Below, one piece after another: positions 9,684 to 18,895 of a stretch of 64,000 nt of DNA (positions within the stretch are counted from its first letter, which is position 1; every line of letters begins with the position of its first letter). The position numbers were made by a program, and so were the translations under genes. Source of the stretch: Acidimicrobiia bacterium (GTDB lineage: Bacteria > Actinomycetota > Acidimicrobiia > Spongiisociales > JAHEDJ01); the NCBI GenBank assembly GCA_029210695.1, contig JARGFH010000012.1:1-64000 (forward strand). The letters run 5' to 3'. The notes below the pieces were generated by a model that saw only the letters and a list, made by a program, of their open reading frames with translations, ran no database searches and was not told where the DNA came from.

Positions 9684-11168
9684 GTGCCGCAAGGGTACTG
9701 CAAAGAATGCCGAGCTCACGTCACGGTCCGTAATGGCGCTTGCCTGCTCGGACATGCTGTCGACCAGGCCACAATCGTTGCCGGAAACGGCCGCCATCGT
9801 GCGGCGCGCTTTTCTCGTGTCAATCACAGGCCTGCGGTTGCGTCACGAGGGGCAATCGGCGTCGACGTCGTCTCGATCGAGCAGCAAGGCCCGCCGACCG
9901 ATCCTCCGGTCCCCGTCACGCCCCCCGCCGCAGTCCTCACCCCGGATCCATCGCCTGCGCCAACCTCACCAACTCCCGAGCCGTTCCGGGACCGGGCTCC
10001 CGCCCAGGAACCCGAACAATGGCGGCGCCCTCTCCTGGGCCGGAGCCGGATGCCGATGCTCGAGCTCCTCGGATTCACCGATTCCGACGACGTTGAGGTC
10101 ATCACGACGGCCGATGCTCCCCCCGCAGCGCAGCCGGCCCCATTCGTCGTCAGGCCGGTCGAAACAGCACCAACGGCGGCGGCTCCTGTTGAGACCCCGG
10201 CAACGGCCGCCCGATTGGCAGACGTTCAGACCGGAGAGAACCCGCAGAACACCGGCGTGCTGGTCGCCCGACTGTGGGAGGCGACCAGCGAGCACCCTCC
10301 ACTCGGCGACGACTGGGCGCCCACCCAGGCAGTAGAACCGCCGAGCCGGACGTTTCGATGGTCATTCGTTTCCACCGCCCTGGCCATAACGGTCACGGTC
10401 GCCCTCCTGGCTATTGCCGCCTACCGATGGCCCATCAATCAGGCAGCAGAGCTTCGACAAAACCTGGCGGCCAGCCTCACGGCACTGGAAACCGCCACCG
10501 CGCTCATTCCCGAAGCAGGATCAGTCGTGGTGGACGCAAGTCGAGCCAACGCACAGCTGACCGAAGTCGCGATCCCGCTCCTTGCCTTCTCCGACGCCGC
10601 CAACCGGGCATACACCACCGCCACTGCTGAACACGGAACCGGTCTACCGTTTGTCTCGAGTGCACCCGTCGACGAACTCGACGCGCCCAGGCTCGATCTG
10701 CAACGAGCCGCCGACCAGGCTCTGGTTATTCACGAGGGCATCGGCGACCTCCTCGACTACCGCATCCTGCTCGGTCGAGCTCTCGTCCTCCCCGACTCGC
10801 TGCCCATTCAGGCCACGGACGCCCAGATCTCCGAGATCGGCGTCGAACTCGCCGACACCCTGGCGGCTACGACCGAAGTCCTCCTCCAACTCCCCCAAAG
10901 TGACCTCCTGGCCGAGCACCGACTCATCCTCGAGGCTGCCTTCGCCGAGATGAATGCCGATGTCGCCGACTACCTGTCGGCGCTCAGAGATGAGAACCAG
11001 TTCGCAGCTTCCCGCATCACCGGGGAAATGCGCGACACGGTCGCATCGATGAGGGGCGGGCTCGACTCTACGCTTGCCGCATTCGACGCCTGGTTGGATA
11101 GCGCATTCGGGAACCTCGGAGAGCAACTCGCCGCCACGAGAGTGGAGCTTCAGGCCTCCGGTTCTTGA
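9684..11168 (+). CDS. Hypothetical protein: N-terminal Zn-ribbon-like motif, Pro-rich region, TM, helical C-domain
   Basis: CKEC...CLLGH; TM near the middle; GGAG RBS before GTG 9684. Confidence 0.75.
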   Translation: MPQGYCKECRAHVTVRNGACLLGHAVDQATIVAGNGRHRAARFSRVNHRPAVASRGAIGVDVVSIEQQGPPTDPPVPVTPPAAVLTPDPSPAPTSPTPEPFRDRAPAQEPEQWRRPLLGRSRMPMLELLGFTDSDDVEVITTADAPPAAQPAPFVVRPVETAPTAAAPVETPATAARLADVQTGENPQNTGVLVARLWEATSEHPPLGDDWAPTQAVEPPSRTFRWSFVSTALAITVTVALLAIAAYRWPINQAAELRQNLAASLTALETATALIPEAGSVVVDASRANAQLTEVAIPLLAFSDAANRAYTTATAEHGTGLPFVSSAPVDELDAPRLDLQRAADQALVIHEGIGDLLDYRILLGRALVLPDSLPIQATDAQISEIGVELADTLAATTEVLLQLPQSDLLAEHRLILEAAFAEMNADVADYLSALRDENQFAASRITGEMRDTVASMRGGLDSTLAAFDAWLDSAFGNLGEQLAATRVELQASGS

Positions 11169-11626
11169 TGCCCAATACCTTCCGGGTCCTCGAGCGTCGC
11201 CATCTCGCGCTCGAAATCCTGCGCTCCCGTGAACTCCTTGTACACGGACGCAAAGCGGAGATAGGCGACCTCGTCCAACTCCCGCAGCCGCGCCAGTACC
11301 TGTCTACCGATCTCGTCAGACGAAACCACGGTCCCGATGGCCCGGAGTTCCGACTCAATCGTGTCGACCAGGTCATCCAGGGTTCCGGTCCCTACCGGAC
11401 GATCGGCGAGAGCACTCTCGAGGCCCCGGCGGAGTTTGTCTGTGCGGAACGGTTCAGCGCGACCGGATCGCTTGCGCACCATCAACAGGGACTCGATCCG
11501 CTCATAAGTGGTGAACCGGTCGCCGCATGACTCGCATTCACGACGGCGACGTATCGCCCGACCGTGTTCGGCCGGTCGACTGTCGACGACGCGTATGTCG
11601 CCAGAGCCGCAGAAGGGACAGTGCAC
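11150..11626 (-). CDS. nrdR: Transcriptional repressor NrdR
   Basis: HCPFC..VVDSR..IRRRREC..C..RFTTYE; ATP cone; VAYLRFASVY. Confidence 0.97.
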   Translation of the reverse strand: MHCPFCGSGDIRVVDSRPAEHGRAIRRRRECESCGDRFTTYERIESLLMVRKRSGRAEPFRTDKLRRGLESALADRPVGTGTLDDLVDTIESELRAIGTVVSSDEIGRQVLARLRELDEVAYLRFASVYKEFTGAQDFEREMATLEDPEGIGHQEPEA

Positions 11627-11755
11627 CGCGCGCAGGCTACTACTGATAGGTGGAATCACGCCTGAAACGGTTGTGTCGACCATTGAGACGGGTGCGTCGC
11701 CTCCGTGACTGCTGATGCGGTTACGCACCAGGCACGGCACGTTCGAACCGTCTAC

Positions 11756-12043
11756 TCAGCCTTCGATGAGAGGGACGACCAGCCGATCGCCCGGGAAGAT
11801 GGCGCTCCCGTCGAGCAGGTTCATCACCTGGATCTCATCAACCGTGTCGCGAACATCGGCACCGTTCGAAGTATGGGCTCTGGCGATCTCCCACAGTGTG
11901 TCGCCGGCCCGGACTACGTGCTCTTGAGTCGGGATGGCGCGATCGCCGGCATCGACCTGGGTAGCGAGCAGGAGGAACAGGGCAGCAACGGCCACAGTTA
12001 GGAGAACCACGACCCTGAGCAGGGCGTTGGAGCGAACCGTCAT
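11756..12043 (-). CDS. LysM membrane protein, SOS cell-division inhibitor-like (YneA/ChiZ type)
   Basis: TM plus LysM (VVRAGDTLWEIA...IFPGDRLVVP); divergent from lexA; AAGGAGG RBS (alternative start 12130). Confidence 0.85.
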   Translation of the reverse strand: MTVRSNALLRVVVLLTVAVAALFLLLATQVDAGDRAIPTQEHVVRAGDTLWEIARAHTSNGADVRDTVDEIQVMNLLDGSAIFPGDRLVVPLIEG

Positions 12044-12130
12044 GACCTGTTGCCTCCTTCTCGCGTCTCGGTGAACCGGTTCTTGGTCCAGAGTACGAAC
12101 GACCTGTGACAGAAACTCACTTCGGGTCAT

Positions 12131-12235
12131 CCGAACGTCTGTTCGATACGCTAGACGAACAGACGTTCGAGGTCAAGCACGAACATATGTTTGATTCGGA
12201 GCCCGTATGCGTGTAGATTCGGAACATACGTTCGA
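12131..12235. promoter_or_regulatory. Four LexA (SOS) boxes over the divergent lexA/LysM promoters
   Basis: GAAC-N4-GTTC/GTTT at 12131, 12155, 12179, 12220; TTGATT-17-TAGATT (+) and TTGACC-17-TAGCGT (-). Confidence 0.9.
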
Positions 12236-12247
12236 GAAAGGGAGACG

Positions 12248-12868
12248 GTGGACGAACTGAGTACCCGCCAACAGGAAATCCTCGACCTCATCGGTCATGC
12301 CGTGCAAGATCGGGGCTACCCACCATCGGTGCGCGAGATCGGTGATTCGCTCGGGCTGCGATCCCCCTCCACAGTGCACTCCCATCTCTCGACGCTAGTA
12401 CGACTCGGCTACCTGCGACGCGACCCGACCAAACCACGAGCAATCGAAGTCATCGACCGCCTCGACACGCCGCACCGCTCGAACGCCCCTACTCGCGACG
12501 TGCCACTGGTCGGTCGGATCGCGGCCGGATCGCCGATCCTGGCCGAGGAGGACATCCAGGAGGTGTTCCCGCTCCCGGAGCAACTCGTCGGCGCCGGACC
12601 CGTCATCATGCTCGAAGTCAGCGGCGACTCGATGGTCGACGCGGGAATTCTCGACGGCGACTACGTGGTAGTGCGTCGCCAGGATGACGCCACAGACGGT
12701 GAGATCGTTGCCGCGCTCATAGGTGACGAGGCAACCGTCAAGCGCCTCGAGCGCCGGAACGGCAAAGTCATCTTGCACTCGGAGAACCCCGCCTACGAGC
12801 CAATGGAGTTCGGTGAAGGAATCAGCCTGGTCGGCAAGGTCGTTTCAGTGCTGCGATCCGTCCGGTAA
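12248..12868 (+). CDS. lexA: SOS repressor LexA
   Basis: GYPPSVREI, VPLVGRIAAG cleavage site, GDSM Ser, EATVK Lys. Confidence 0.97.
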   Translation: MDELSTRQQEILDLIGHAVQDRGYPPSVREIGDSLGLRSPSTVHSHLSTLVRLGYLRRDPTKPRAIEVIDRLDTPHRSNAPTRDVPLVGRIAAGSPILAEEDIQEVFPLPEQLVGAGPVIMLEVSGDSMVDAGILDGDYVVVRRQDDATDGEIVAALIGDEATVKRLERRNGKVILHSENPAYEPMEFGEGISLVGKVVSVLRSVR

Positions 12869-12876
12869 CTCGGTAC

Positions 12877-13641
12877 CTACCCCGGCCAAACGCCCGAAAA
12901 GACCGTCGTCGCCGGTCCCGTGATCCACGCCACCCCATCGGCAACCTCAACGTCCAGGTGGCCGCCGGGCAACCGGACTCTGGCCGTGGCCGCGGATCGA
13001 CCGGTGGCTGCTCCGGCCGCCACAACTGCAGCCGCACCTGTGCCACAGGCCAACGTCTCTCCGACTCCTCGCTCCCATACACGCATATCGATCACATCCG
13101 CCGACACCACCGAAACGAACTCGACGTTGGTGCCTTCGGGGAAGACGGGATGCTGTTCGAGCTGAGAACCGATCCCCTGCACATCGACCGCGGCGGGATC
13201 CTCCACGAATATCACTGCGTGTGGGTTGCCGACCCGTACGGTACGCAAGGTGTGGCCGTCGACCTCCTGGTCGGCTCTTGCGGCTTCAACCGGCCCCAGC
13301 TCCACCCTGATCCGGCCGCCGTCGAGTATCGAAACTCGACGAGGCCCTATCGCGGTCGAAACTACGAAGTCCCACCCGTCGACCAGGTTCTGGTCGACCG
13401 CCCGGCGGGCCACGCAGCGCAAGCCGTTCCCGCACATCTCTGCCGCGCTTCCATCGGCGTTGAAGTACTCCATCGCCACCCTATTGCGTGAGTCGGGCGA
13501 GACGATCAGCACTCCGTCTGCACCGACCCCACGGCGCCGATCACAAAGGGCGGCGATTACCGCCGAGCTCAATTCGAAAGGGCCGTCGATGACCACGAAA
13601 TCGTTGCCGAGTCCCTGCATCTTCGTGAAATTCACCTTCAA
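12877..13641 (-). CDS. dapF: Diaminopimelate epimerase
   Basis: FTKMQGLGNDF, EMCGNG, GNPH, ERGVGETLACGTG. Confidence 0.97.
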   Translation of the reverse strand: MKVNFTKMQGLGNDFVVIDGPFELSSAVIAALCDRRRGVGADGVLIVSPDSRNRVAMEYFNADGSAAEMCGNGLRCVARRAVDQNLVDGWDFVVSTAIGPRRVSILDGGRIRVELGPVEAARADQEVDGHTLRTVRVGNPHAVIFVEDPAAVDVQGIGSQLEQHPVFPEGTNVEFVSVVSADVIDMRVWERGVGETLACGTGAAAVVAAGAATGRSAATARVRLPGGHLDVEVADGVAWITGPATTVFSGVWPG

Positions 13642-14534
13642 CTCCTCAACCCGGCGGCGGCCAATCGATATCGCTCGTCGGCGTCGTCAGACCACGTTAA
13701 CCATTTCAGGCGGGGATCTCGACGGAAGTAGGTTCGCTGCCGCTTCACCAGCGCCAGTGTCGCCCGGCGGGCCGCCTCAATCCCTTCTGCCAGCGAGGTT
13801 TCCCCTGCAACGACGGGGAGCAACTCCTTGTATCCAACCGCCTGGCGCGCCGTTCGCCCCATCTCCGCGGCCAAGCCGGCTACCTCCTCCACCAGGCCTG
13901 CATCGACCATAGACTTCAGGCGGTTGGTCACGCGCCTAGCTAGTCCCGGGCCCGGGTCGAGTGCTATTGCTTTGAATGCAAACAGCGGGTGGTAGGCGTC
14001 CAGGCTTCTCTGTTCCTCCGAAACGGCGCGGGAGCTCGGCGTCTCGCCCGTCAACTCAGCGATTTCGAGTGCCCGCGTCACCCGTCGCGGGTTGGCCAGG
14101 TCGATATGCCCGGCGGCCATCTCATCGATGACTTTCAGACGCGCCACGCTCTCCTCGGGCGAGAGCGCCTCGAGCTCGGTTTTCAGCGCGGCGTCGTGCG
14201 GGCGGAACCGCAGCGGGTCGACCAGAGCCCGAAAATGGAGGCCGGAACCCCCGACGATGACCAGCGGGACGGACGAGTTCTCCATGACCGCTCTACCGAT
14301 CTGCTGATACTCGGCGACACTGAAAACTCCCGACGGTTCGACGAGGTCGAGCCCATGATGCCGGACTCGCTTCCGTTCCTCCAGAGTGGCCTTGGCCGTA
14401 CCGATGTCCATTCGCCGGTAGACCTGCATCGAATCAACACTGATGATCTCCGCACCGAGATCCTCCGCAAGTCGCAACGCTACATCGGACTTACCCGAGG
14501 CGGTCGGGCCGAGCACGGCACAAATCAGGCTCAG
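13638..14534 (-). CDS. miaA: tRNA dimethylallyltransferase
   Basis: GPTASGKS, DSMQVY, DIGTAK, KRQRTYF; start proposed at CTG 14534 (first canonical start 14516). Confidence 0.95.
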   Translation of the reverse strand: MSLICAVLGPTASGKSDVALRLAEDLGAEIISVDSMQVYRRMDIGTAKATLEERKRVRHHGLDLVEPSGVFSVAEYQQIGRAVMENSSVPLVIVGGSGLHFRALVDPLRFRPHDAALKTELEALSPEESVARLKVIDEMAAGHIDLANPRRVTRALEIAELTGETPSSRAVSEEQRSLDAYHPLFAFKAIALDPGPGLARRVTNRLKSMVDAGLVEEVAGLAAEMGRTARQAVGYKELLPVVAGETSLAEGIEAARRATLALVKRQRTYFRRDPRLKWLTWSDDADERYRLAAAGLRS

Positions 14535-15913
14535 ATCGGGCTCCCGATCAGGTGGTGCTTGGCCGCTTTCGTTATCTCGACGTCGAGGAATGTGCCGGGT
14601 GGATAAGCCCCGGCTATGTGGACGACGCGTCCACCGCGGGTGCGGGTCGTGGCTACGGTCCGATCCTTCTTGGACGGGCCTTCGGCCAGCACCTCTACCC
14701 TTTTGCCGAGTTGGGCGCGATTCAGCGCCACCGAATTGTCGGATTGGACCTCCAGCAGGCGATTGAATCGCTCCTGCGCGATCGCCGGGTCGACGAATTC
14801 ATCAACCCGTAACGCCGCCTCTGTCCCGGGCCGCGGCGAGAACTGGAACATGAACGCCTGATCGAACCGTGCCTCCCGCACGACGTCGAGCGTCATGTCG
14901 AAGTCCTCCTCGGTTTCGCCGGGGAACCCCACAATGATGTCGGTTGAGACGGCCAGGTCGGGGATGATGCGGCGGGCCAGCTCGAGGCGGGACAGGTAGC
15001 GCTCTACGTTGTATCCACGGTGCATACGGGCCAGGACACGCGAACTGCCCGATTGGAGCGGAAGATGAAGTTGCTCGCAGACCGCCTCGGTCTCCGCCAT
15101 GGCCAGAGCAACGTCCTCCCGGAAGTCCGCCGGATGGGGGCTCGTGAACCGGATCCGCCGGACTCCCTCGACCTCGCCGACTCTCCTCAGCAATTCGGCG
15201 AAGACCGGTCTACGCCGGCCGTCGATGGCGAGATCGCGTCCGTAGGTATTGACATTCTGACCGAGCAGAGTCACCTCAACGACGCCGTCTGCCGCCAGAC
15301 GTTCGACTTCGCGAACGATGTCACCCGGCCTGCGGCTTATCTCGACGCCGCGCACCGCCGGGACGATGCAAAACGTACAAGTGTTGTTGCAGCCGACCTG
15401 GATAGTCACCCATGCCGAGTGCGCCAGTTCCCGTCGGACCGGTAGATCCGACGGCATGCTCTGGAGTTCCTCGGCGATCTCGGTGATCGGACCCCACTCC
15501 TGAGCGTGGTCCATGAGATCGAGTACCCGGTCGAGGTTGTGAGTTCCCAGCACCACGTCGACCCACGGGGCTCGCCTGCGAACAGTTTCACGGTCCTTCT
15601 GGGCGGCACACCCGCCGACGATCAGCACCTTGCCGGGCAGTTCGTCCTTCAACTGCTTCAGATGGCCCAGATGGCCGTATAGGCGGTTGTCGGCGTTCTC
15701 GCGAATCGTGCACGTGTTTATGAACACCACGTCTGCCGCCGCGTAATCCGACACCGGCAGCATCCCATCGGCCTCGAAGAGGCCAGCGATGCGCTCCGAA
15801 TCGTGTTCGTTCATCTGGCAGCCGAACGTGCGCAGAAAATACGTCTTACCCTGGCGGGTCGGACGGCGACGCTCCTTGCGCGTCGGGTCTGCGATCAAGA
15901 CGGGCTGGACCAT
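14531..15913 (-). CDS. miaB: tRNA methylthiotransferase MiaB
   Basis: TFGCQMNEHDSE, radical SAM CNNTCTFC, TRAM domain. Confidence 0.97.
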   Translation of the reverse strand: MVQPVLIADPTRKERRRPTRQGKTYFLRTFGCQMNEHDSERIAGLFEADGMLPVSDYAAADVVFINTCTIRENADNRLYGHLGHLKQLKDELPGKVLIVGGCAAQKDRETVRRRAPWVDVVLGTHNLDRVLDLMDHAQEWGPITEIAEELQSMPSDLPVRRELAHSAWVTIQVGCNNTCTFCIVPAVRGVEISRRPGDIVREVERLAADGVVEVTLLGQNVNTYGRDLAIDGRRRPVFAELLRRVGEVEGVRRIRFTSPHPADFREDVALAMAETEAVCEQLHLPLQSGSSRVLARMHRGYNVERYLSRLELARRIIPDLAVSTDIIVGFPGETEEDFDMTLDVVREARFDQAFMFQFSPRPGTEAALRVDEFVDPAIAQERFNRLLEVQSDNSVALNRAQLGKRVEVLAEGPSKKDRTVATTRTRGGRVVHIAGAYPPGTFLDVEITKAAKHHLIGSPI

Positions 15914-15918
15914 TGTCG

Positions 15919-17460
15919 CTACCTGGCGTAATCGGTGACCCGGAACTCCCGGATCACGGTTACCTGGATCTGGCCGGGATACTGAAGGTCCTCCTCCATC
16001 TGGCGGGCAATGCGTCTGGCAAGATCCGCAGCCTCCAGATCGTCGAGAGTGCCCGGATCAACCACGACCCGCACTTCCCGTCCTGCCTGCATGGCAAAGA
16101 CGCGCTCAACACCCTCAAACGCACCGGCCAGTTCCTCGAGTCGCTCCAACCGCCGGACGTACGATTCCAACGCCTCCCGCCGTGCACCGGGACGGGCAGC
16201 CGAGACCGCGTCGGCAGCTTGGACCAGCACGGCCACCAGGGTGCGCGGCTCGATCTCGTTGTGGTGTGCCTCAATGCCGTGAACAACGGCCGGATCCTCT
16301 CCGAATCGCCGGGCTATCTCCGCCCCGATCAATGCGTGGGACCCTTCAACTTCATGGGTAATCGCCTTGCCGATGTCGTGAAGCAAGGCGGCGCGCTTGG
16401 CGTGCACGGGGTCGATTCCGATCTCGGCGGCCAACATGGCCGCAACATGGGCGGACTCTACGACATGGCTCAGCACGTTCTGCCCGTACGAGGTCCGGTA
16501 CTTCAGACGGCCGAGCAACGTCACCAGTTCAGGATGCATGCGAGCCATACCGACATCGAGCAGTGCCCACTCCCCAGCATCCCTGACGCTTTGTTCGACC
16601 TCGGCCTTGGCCTTCTCGAACGATTGTTCAATCGAGGCCGGATGAATCCGGCCGTCGGTCACCAGTTTCTCCAGGGTGATGCGGGCAATCTCCCGGCGGA
16701 CCGGATCAAACGAAGATACCGAAACAGCCTCCGGGGTGTCATCGACGACCAGGTTGACGCCGGCGATGGCTTCGAAGGCGCGAATGTTGCGGCCTTCCCG
16801 GCCGATGATCCTCCCCTTCATCTCATCGCTGGGCAGCGCCACGACGGACACGGTGCTCTCGGTAACGACCTCCGAAGAGAGCCGCTGGATCGCAGTCGTC
16901 AGAATCCTCCTGGCTCGTCGGTCGGACTCCTCTCGTGCTTTGATCTCCATGTCCCGGACCATGACCATCGCATCGCGACGGGCTTCGTCCTCGACCTTCG
17001 TCATCAACTCCTGTTTGGCGGCCTTGGCGTCGAAACCGGCCAGCCGCTCTAGAGCCGTACGGCCCTCCTCACGCAACGACTCGATTGCCGCACGATGGTC
17101 GGCCAATTCTGATTCGCGCTGGATCAGCAGTTGTTCACGCTGCGCCAGATTCGACGCACGTTGCTCGAGGGTCTCCTCCCGCTTAGCGAGACGATCCTGT
17201 GACGTAAGCATCTCGATTCGACGGTGCTCGAGTGTGGCGTCCTCACGATCTCGATACGTTTCGGCGACCGCACGAGCTTCTTCCTCGGCTCGCGCCAGGA
17301 GGCGTTGGGCTTCAAGCCTGGCATCGCCGAGTACTTGTCCTGCGCTGGTGTCCGTGTCTCCTCGCCTTCGCAGGTGGTTCGTGCGCGTCGAGAAGAATCC
17401 AATCACCGCTCCTACCAGCACCGCCGGAACGCCGATCAACAACGCCCATAACGGTTCCAT
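15919..17460 (-). CDS. rny: Ribonuclease Y
   Basis: N-terminal TM, coiled coil, KH (KGRIIGREGRNIR), HD (LLHDIGK). Confidence 0.97.
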   Translation of the reverse strand: MEPLWALLIGVPAVLVGAVIGFFSTRTNHLRRRGDTDTSAGQVLGDARLEAQRLLARAEEEARAVAETYRDREDATLEHRRIEMLTSQDRLAKREETLEQRASNLAQREQLLIQRESELADHRAAIESLREEGRTALERLAGFDAKAAKQELMTKVEDEARRDAMVMVRDMEIKAREESDRRARRILTTAIQRLSSEVVTESTVSVVALPSDEMKGRIIGREGRNIRAFEAIAGVNLVVDDTPEAVSVSSFDPVRREIARITLEKLVTDGRIHPASIEQSFEKAKAEVEQSVRDAGEWALLDVGMARMHPELVTLLGRLKYRTSYGQNVLSHVVESAHVAAMLAAEIGIDPVHAKRAALLHDIGKAITHEVEGSHALIGAEIARRFGEDPAVVHGIEAHHNEIEPRTLVAVLVQAADAVSAARPGARREALESYVRRLERLEELAGAFEGVERVFAMQAGREVRVVVDPGTLDDLEAADLARRIARQMEEDLQYPGQIQVTVIREFRVTDYAR

Positions 17461-17633
17461 CGCTCCCACCTTCCTGTGGGAGATACAGACATGCCGAGCC
17501 AGCCGGCTCGGCACACACACGAACGAAAGAGAAGTTCGTCAGTCCCTCGTTCTCGTTCCGTTTCTCCTCTGTATCTCGACCACAGTATTTAGCGTTTCAG
17601 TTTGTTTTAAGTGTGTGCTTGCCGCACATGGTA
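17461..17633 (-). promoter_or_regulatory. Structured 5' leader of rny (candidate cis-regulatory RNA)
   Basis: TACCAT -10 at 17628-17633; multiple long complementary helices, including an RBS-sequestering hairpin. Confidence 0.55.
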
Positions 17634-17640
17634 CCCGATG

Positions 17641-17685
17641 AGAGGTGGGTTTGGGGCAGATCATTCCGTCCCCAAACCCACCTCT
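17641..17685 (-). terminator. Hairpin after recA
   Basis: 16-bp perfect inverted repeat AGAGGTGGGTTTGGGG/CCCCAAACCCACCTCT, 6 nt past the recA stop. Confidence 0.75.
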
Positions 17686-17691
17686 GTCCAC

Positions 17692-18732
17692 TCACCGCTC
17701 GTCGGTTAGCTCTTCTTCGGCCGGTTCCTCGGCCTCGTCTTCCTCGGCCTCGATCAGCCCGACGGCCTCCATGACCTTGGCCTGAAGCTGGACGGAAACT
17801 TCAGGGTTCTCCCGCAGGAAGCGCTTCGAGGCTTCCCTCCCCTGGCCGAGCTGATCATCGTCGTAGCTGTACCAGGCGCCGCTCTTGCGCACTATTCCTT
17901 GTTCAACGGCCACGTCCAGCAGGCTGCCTTCCCTGGAAATGCCTTCTCCGAACATGATGTCGAACTCGGCAAGGCGGAACGGCGGCGCCAGTTTGTTCTT
18001 GGAGACCTTCGCCCTGACGCGGTTACCAACGTTGTCCTGGCCTTCCTTGATCGCTTCTATGCGCCGAATATCGATCCTCACACTCGCGTAGAACTTGAGG
18101 GCTCGTCCGCCCGGTGTGGTTTCGGGTGATCCGAACATCACACCGATCTTCTCACGGAGCTGGTTGATGAACACCGCCGTGGTTTGCGACCGGCTGATGT
18201 TGGCTGTGAGTTTCCTCAGCGCCTGTGACATGAGCCGGGCTTGAAGACCGACATGGGTGTCCCCCATTTCGCCTTCGATCTCGGCGCGAGGTACGAGGGC
18301 TGCCACCGAGTCGATGACCACGACGTCGAGCGCTCCAGAGCGGATCAGGATGTCGGTTATCTCGAGTGCCTGCTCCCCGGTGTCAGGTTGGGAGATGAGC
18401 AATTCGTCCACATCGACACCCAGCGCCTTGGCGTAGATCGGGTCGAGCGCGTGCTCGGCATCGATGAAGGCGGCGATGCCGCCGTTGCGCTGCGCTTCGG
18501 CTACCACATGGAGCGCGAGAGTTGTCTTACCGCTGGACTCAGGGCCGTAGATCTCGACGACCCGGCCACGCGGAACGCCGCCGATGCCGAGGGCGAGGTC
18601 GAGCGACAGAGCCCCGGTCGAGATCACATCGACTCGCTGATGTGCTCTTTCTCCGAGCCGCATGATTGCGCCCTTGCCGAACTGACGCTCGATCTGTGAC
18701 TTGGCCATGTCGAGAGACTTGTCGTTGTCCAC
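17692..18732 (-). CDS. recA: Recombinase RecA
   Basis: [37 protein letters not shown]. Confidence 0.99.
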   Translation of the reverse strand: MDNDKSLDMAKSQIERQFGKGAIMRLGERAHQRVDVISTGALSLDLALGIGGVPRGRVVEIYGPESSGKTTLALHVVAEAQRNGGIAAFIDAEHALDPIYAKALGVDVDELLISQPDTGEQALEITDILIRSGALDVVVIDSVAALVPRAEIEGEMGDTHVGLQARLMSQALRKLTANISRSQTTAVFINQLREKIGVMFGSPETTPGGRALKFYASVRIDIRRIEAIKEGQDNVGNRVRAKVSKNKLAPPFRLAEFDIMFGEGISREGSLLDVAVEQGIVRKSGAWYSYDDDQLGQGREASKRFLRENPEVSVQLQAKVMEAVGLIEAEEDEAEEPAEEELTDER

Positions 18733-18761
18733 AAAGTTCCCTTTCGTCTGAGTCTTCCCCA

Positions 18762-18783
18762 ACGGTATGTCGCCGGTGTGACA
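18762..18783 (-). promoter_or_regulatory. RecA-NDp/PafBC-like promoter of recA
   Basis: TGTCAC-N10-TACCGT. Confidence 0.7.
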
Positions 18784-18804
18784 AATACCACGATTGTGGT
18801 TCGA

Positions 18805-18833
18805 AGACTAGGCGAACGTGTGTTCGGAGGCAA
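18805..18833 (-). promoter_or_regulatory. LexA-repressed distal recA promoter with SOS box
   Basis: TTGCCT-17-TAGTCT with CGAAC-N4-GTTCG (18812-18827) in the spacer. Confidence 0.85.
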
Positions 18834-18846
18834 GGAATTCGAGCCA

Positions 18847-18888
18847 ATTCCAAGTTCTAGGTTTTAGGTTTTAGGTTCTGGGTTCTGA
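18847..18888. repeat. Heptamer tandem repeat (consensus GTTYTAG)
   Basis: GTTCTAG GTTTTAG GTTTTAG GTTCTGG GTTCTGA plus one degenerate unit. Confidence 0.8.
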
Positions 18889-18895
18889 GCTCAGT

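Noticed and set aside
11637..11652. NrdR box over the nrdR promoter
   Set aside because: Only the CTA-N4-TAG core matches, single copy; too weak to call
12131..12194. 24-bp periodic repeat as a mini-CRISPR or iterons
   Set aside because: Fully explained as LexA boxes beside lexA
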